64,000 nucleotides of DNA from an uncultured Clostridia bacterium (GTDB lineage: Bacteria > Bacillota > Clostridia > TANB77 > CAG-508), in NCBI GenBank assembly GCA_934168305.1, contig CAKPNF010000001.1, positions 69,923 to 133,922 on the forward strand. The letters run 5' to 3'. The notes beneath the pieces were generated by a model. That model saw only the letters and a list, made by a program, of their open reading frames with translations. It was not told the DNA's origin and ran no database searches. Each line of letters begins with the position of its first letter. The stretch's first letter is position 1. The position numbers were made by a program, and so were the translations under genes. Of this stretch, positions 62,652-64,000 are shown piece by piece.

Positions 62652-62745
62652 ATAAGCAAGTGATTAATACCCACTTGCTTTTATGCTATTATATATGAAA
62701 CTTTATTTAATGTTACTGTTATATATAAATGAAAGCAGGTAAAAA

Positions 62746-64000
62746 ATGGAGAAAGATTTAGATAAAAAATTGTACAATGATTATTTGAATGGAGAAAAAG
62801 AAGCATTTGAAATTCTTTATAACAAATACAAAAATAAAATTGAATATTTCATTTATAACATAGTAAAAGACTATCAAAAAGCAGAGGACATAGCTCAAGA
62901 AACTTTTATATACGTTATACAGCACCAAATGAGAAAAAATAGTTCGTTTAAATACTATATATATCTTGTTGCAAGAAGCAAAGCACTAAATTATATAAAT
63001 GTAGAAAAAAGAAGAAATGAAATAACTGAAAAATATCTTGCAAATGATAATGAACAAATTGAAAAAGATGTATTAGATATTATTACAACAGAGGAAAGTA
63101 AAAAAGAACTATTAGAATCAATAGAATTGTTAGACGAAAGATATAAAAATGCAATTTATCTCGTAAATATTGAAGGACTATCTTATGAAGAAACATCTAA
63201 AATATTAGGAGAAACTCTACAAAACACAAAGAATTTAATACATAGAGGAAAAAAACAATTAAGAAAAATCCTGCTAAAGAAAGGATTTAATGAAATGAAT
63301 AAAGTTTTGAAAATTTTTGTAATAATTATATGCGCAACAATCGCATTATCGGGAATAGTCTATGCTACAACAGTTATATATAATAAGTATATAAAAAACA
63401 ATACAAATCATAATATTACAATGAACCCATCATATCAAAGTACACTAGATGAGAATACAATAAATAATTTATGGGTGGGAACACTAGATTTAGCATGGAA
63501 AGACCTAGAAGAAAAAATTGGATTAAATAAGATAGAATTAGAAGGCGAAATGCCACAAATTGCAAATGATTTAAATGAAAGTACATTTTCAAAAGAAATG
63601 CTAAATCCAAATGATTATAAAATAGATGTAGAAAGAACAGTTACAAATGGATACAAAATAGATGCTACACTTAACAAAGAATTGAACTTTTTAGAATCAT
63701 TTGATAATTTTAATGATTATAAATGGACATTTGGAAATAGTGAAGAATATATTAAATATTTTGGAATAAATAATGCAAGTCCAGAAAAAATGAATAAAAA
63801 TGTGGAAATTTTATTTTACAATAAATTAAACAATGGCAGTCTATTAAGTAATGATATGGCAATAAAATTAAAAACTAAAGAAGGGGACGAAATAATACTT
63901 TATAGAACAGATGATAAAAAATCATTTGATAAATATTATGAAGATGTAAAAACAAAATCTAAAAACTATACAGGACGTACAGAGTTTGCGAAAGATGATG
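62746..64000 (+). CDS. ECF sigma factor fused in-frame to a TM anti-sigma-like domain (3' partial at window end)
   Basis: Region 2 AEDIAQETFIYVIQH. Region 4 LSYEETSKILGETLQNTKNLIHRGKKQLRKIL. The frame continues without a stop into TM helix IIICATIALSGIVYATT and an extracytoplasmic region. Not in the ORF track because no stop is reached. Confidence 0.6.
   Translation, partial: MEKDLDKKLYNDYLNGEKEAFEILYNKYKNKIEYFIYNIVKDYQKAEDIAQETFIYVIQHQMRKNSSFKYYIYLVARSKALNYINVEKRRNEITEKYLANDNEQIEKDVLDIITTEESKKELLESIELLDERYKNAIYLVNIEGLSYEETSKILGETLQNTKNLIHRGKKQLRKILLKKGFNEMNKVLKIFVIIICATIALSGIVYATTVIYNKYIKNNTNHNITMNPSYQSTLDENTINNLWVGTLDLAWKDLEEKIGLNKIELEGEMPQIANDLNESTFSKEMLNPNDYKIDVERTVTNGYKIDATLNKELNFLESFDNFNDYKWTFGNSEEYIKYFGINNASPEKMNKNVEILFYNKLNNGSLLSNDMAIKLKTKEGDEIILYRTDDKKSFDKYYEDVKTKSKNYTGRTEFAKDD

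Overview
This window is an AT-rich (under 30% GC by eye) chromosomal segment from a low-GC, apparently spore-forming Firmicute (Clostridia-like). Evidence for that: CotF-like coat protein pair, SpoIIIE/FtsK, rimP-nusA-ylxR-L7Ae-infB-rbfA-nrnA-truB gene order, many ECF sigma factors. The housekeeping backbone is on the + strand. It includes dxs (5' partial), flavodoxin, tag, yebC, rlmD, def, tsaC, rsmD, ftsK, a beta-CASP RNase, GH15, gap, tRNA-Gln(CUG), the nusA-infB operon, PBP1A, cysS, NUDIX, galE, cysE, and a 1-Cys peroxiredoxin. The most interesting region is an ~8 kb accessory insertion between def and tsaC (about 7.1-15.3 kb). It reads as one co-directional, tightly spaced gene string: AbiEi/AbiEii toxin-antitoxin with an inverted-repeat operator, then an ECF-type sigma factor, then a 1514-aa protein combining an N-terminal DUF4297/Cap4-like PD-(D/E)xK nuclease signature with a STAND-like P-loop NTPase and ~1100 aa of helical repeats (Avs/NLR-like antiviral architecture), then a radical SAM enzyme. 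The insertion ends at a truncated rdgB (Ham1) fragment. Two further orphan candidates sit next to it: a 511-aa protein with a degenerate helicase N-terminus and two PD-(D/E)xK motifs, and a 565-aa protein with a type IV prepilin-like N-terminus. I found no integrase or transposase. Other notable observations: (1) a family of 33-bp GGGATT..GGGGCC..AATCCC palindromic units at four intergenic loci, three of them as inverted pairs with compensatory loop changes; (2) three apparent 1-nt frameshifts in otherwise conserved genes (ftsK, nrnA, an ECF sigma); (3) two paralogous ECF sigma/anti-sigma modules, one apparently fused in-frame; (4) a duplicated rbfA translation-initiation region driving an inserted 98-aa ORF; (5) an orphan processive GT2 synthase and an orphan RusA resolvase. 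No CRISPR array, rRNA or mobile-element gene was seen.
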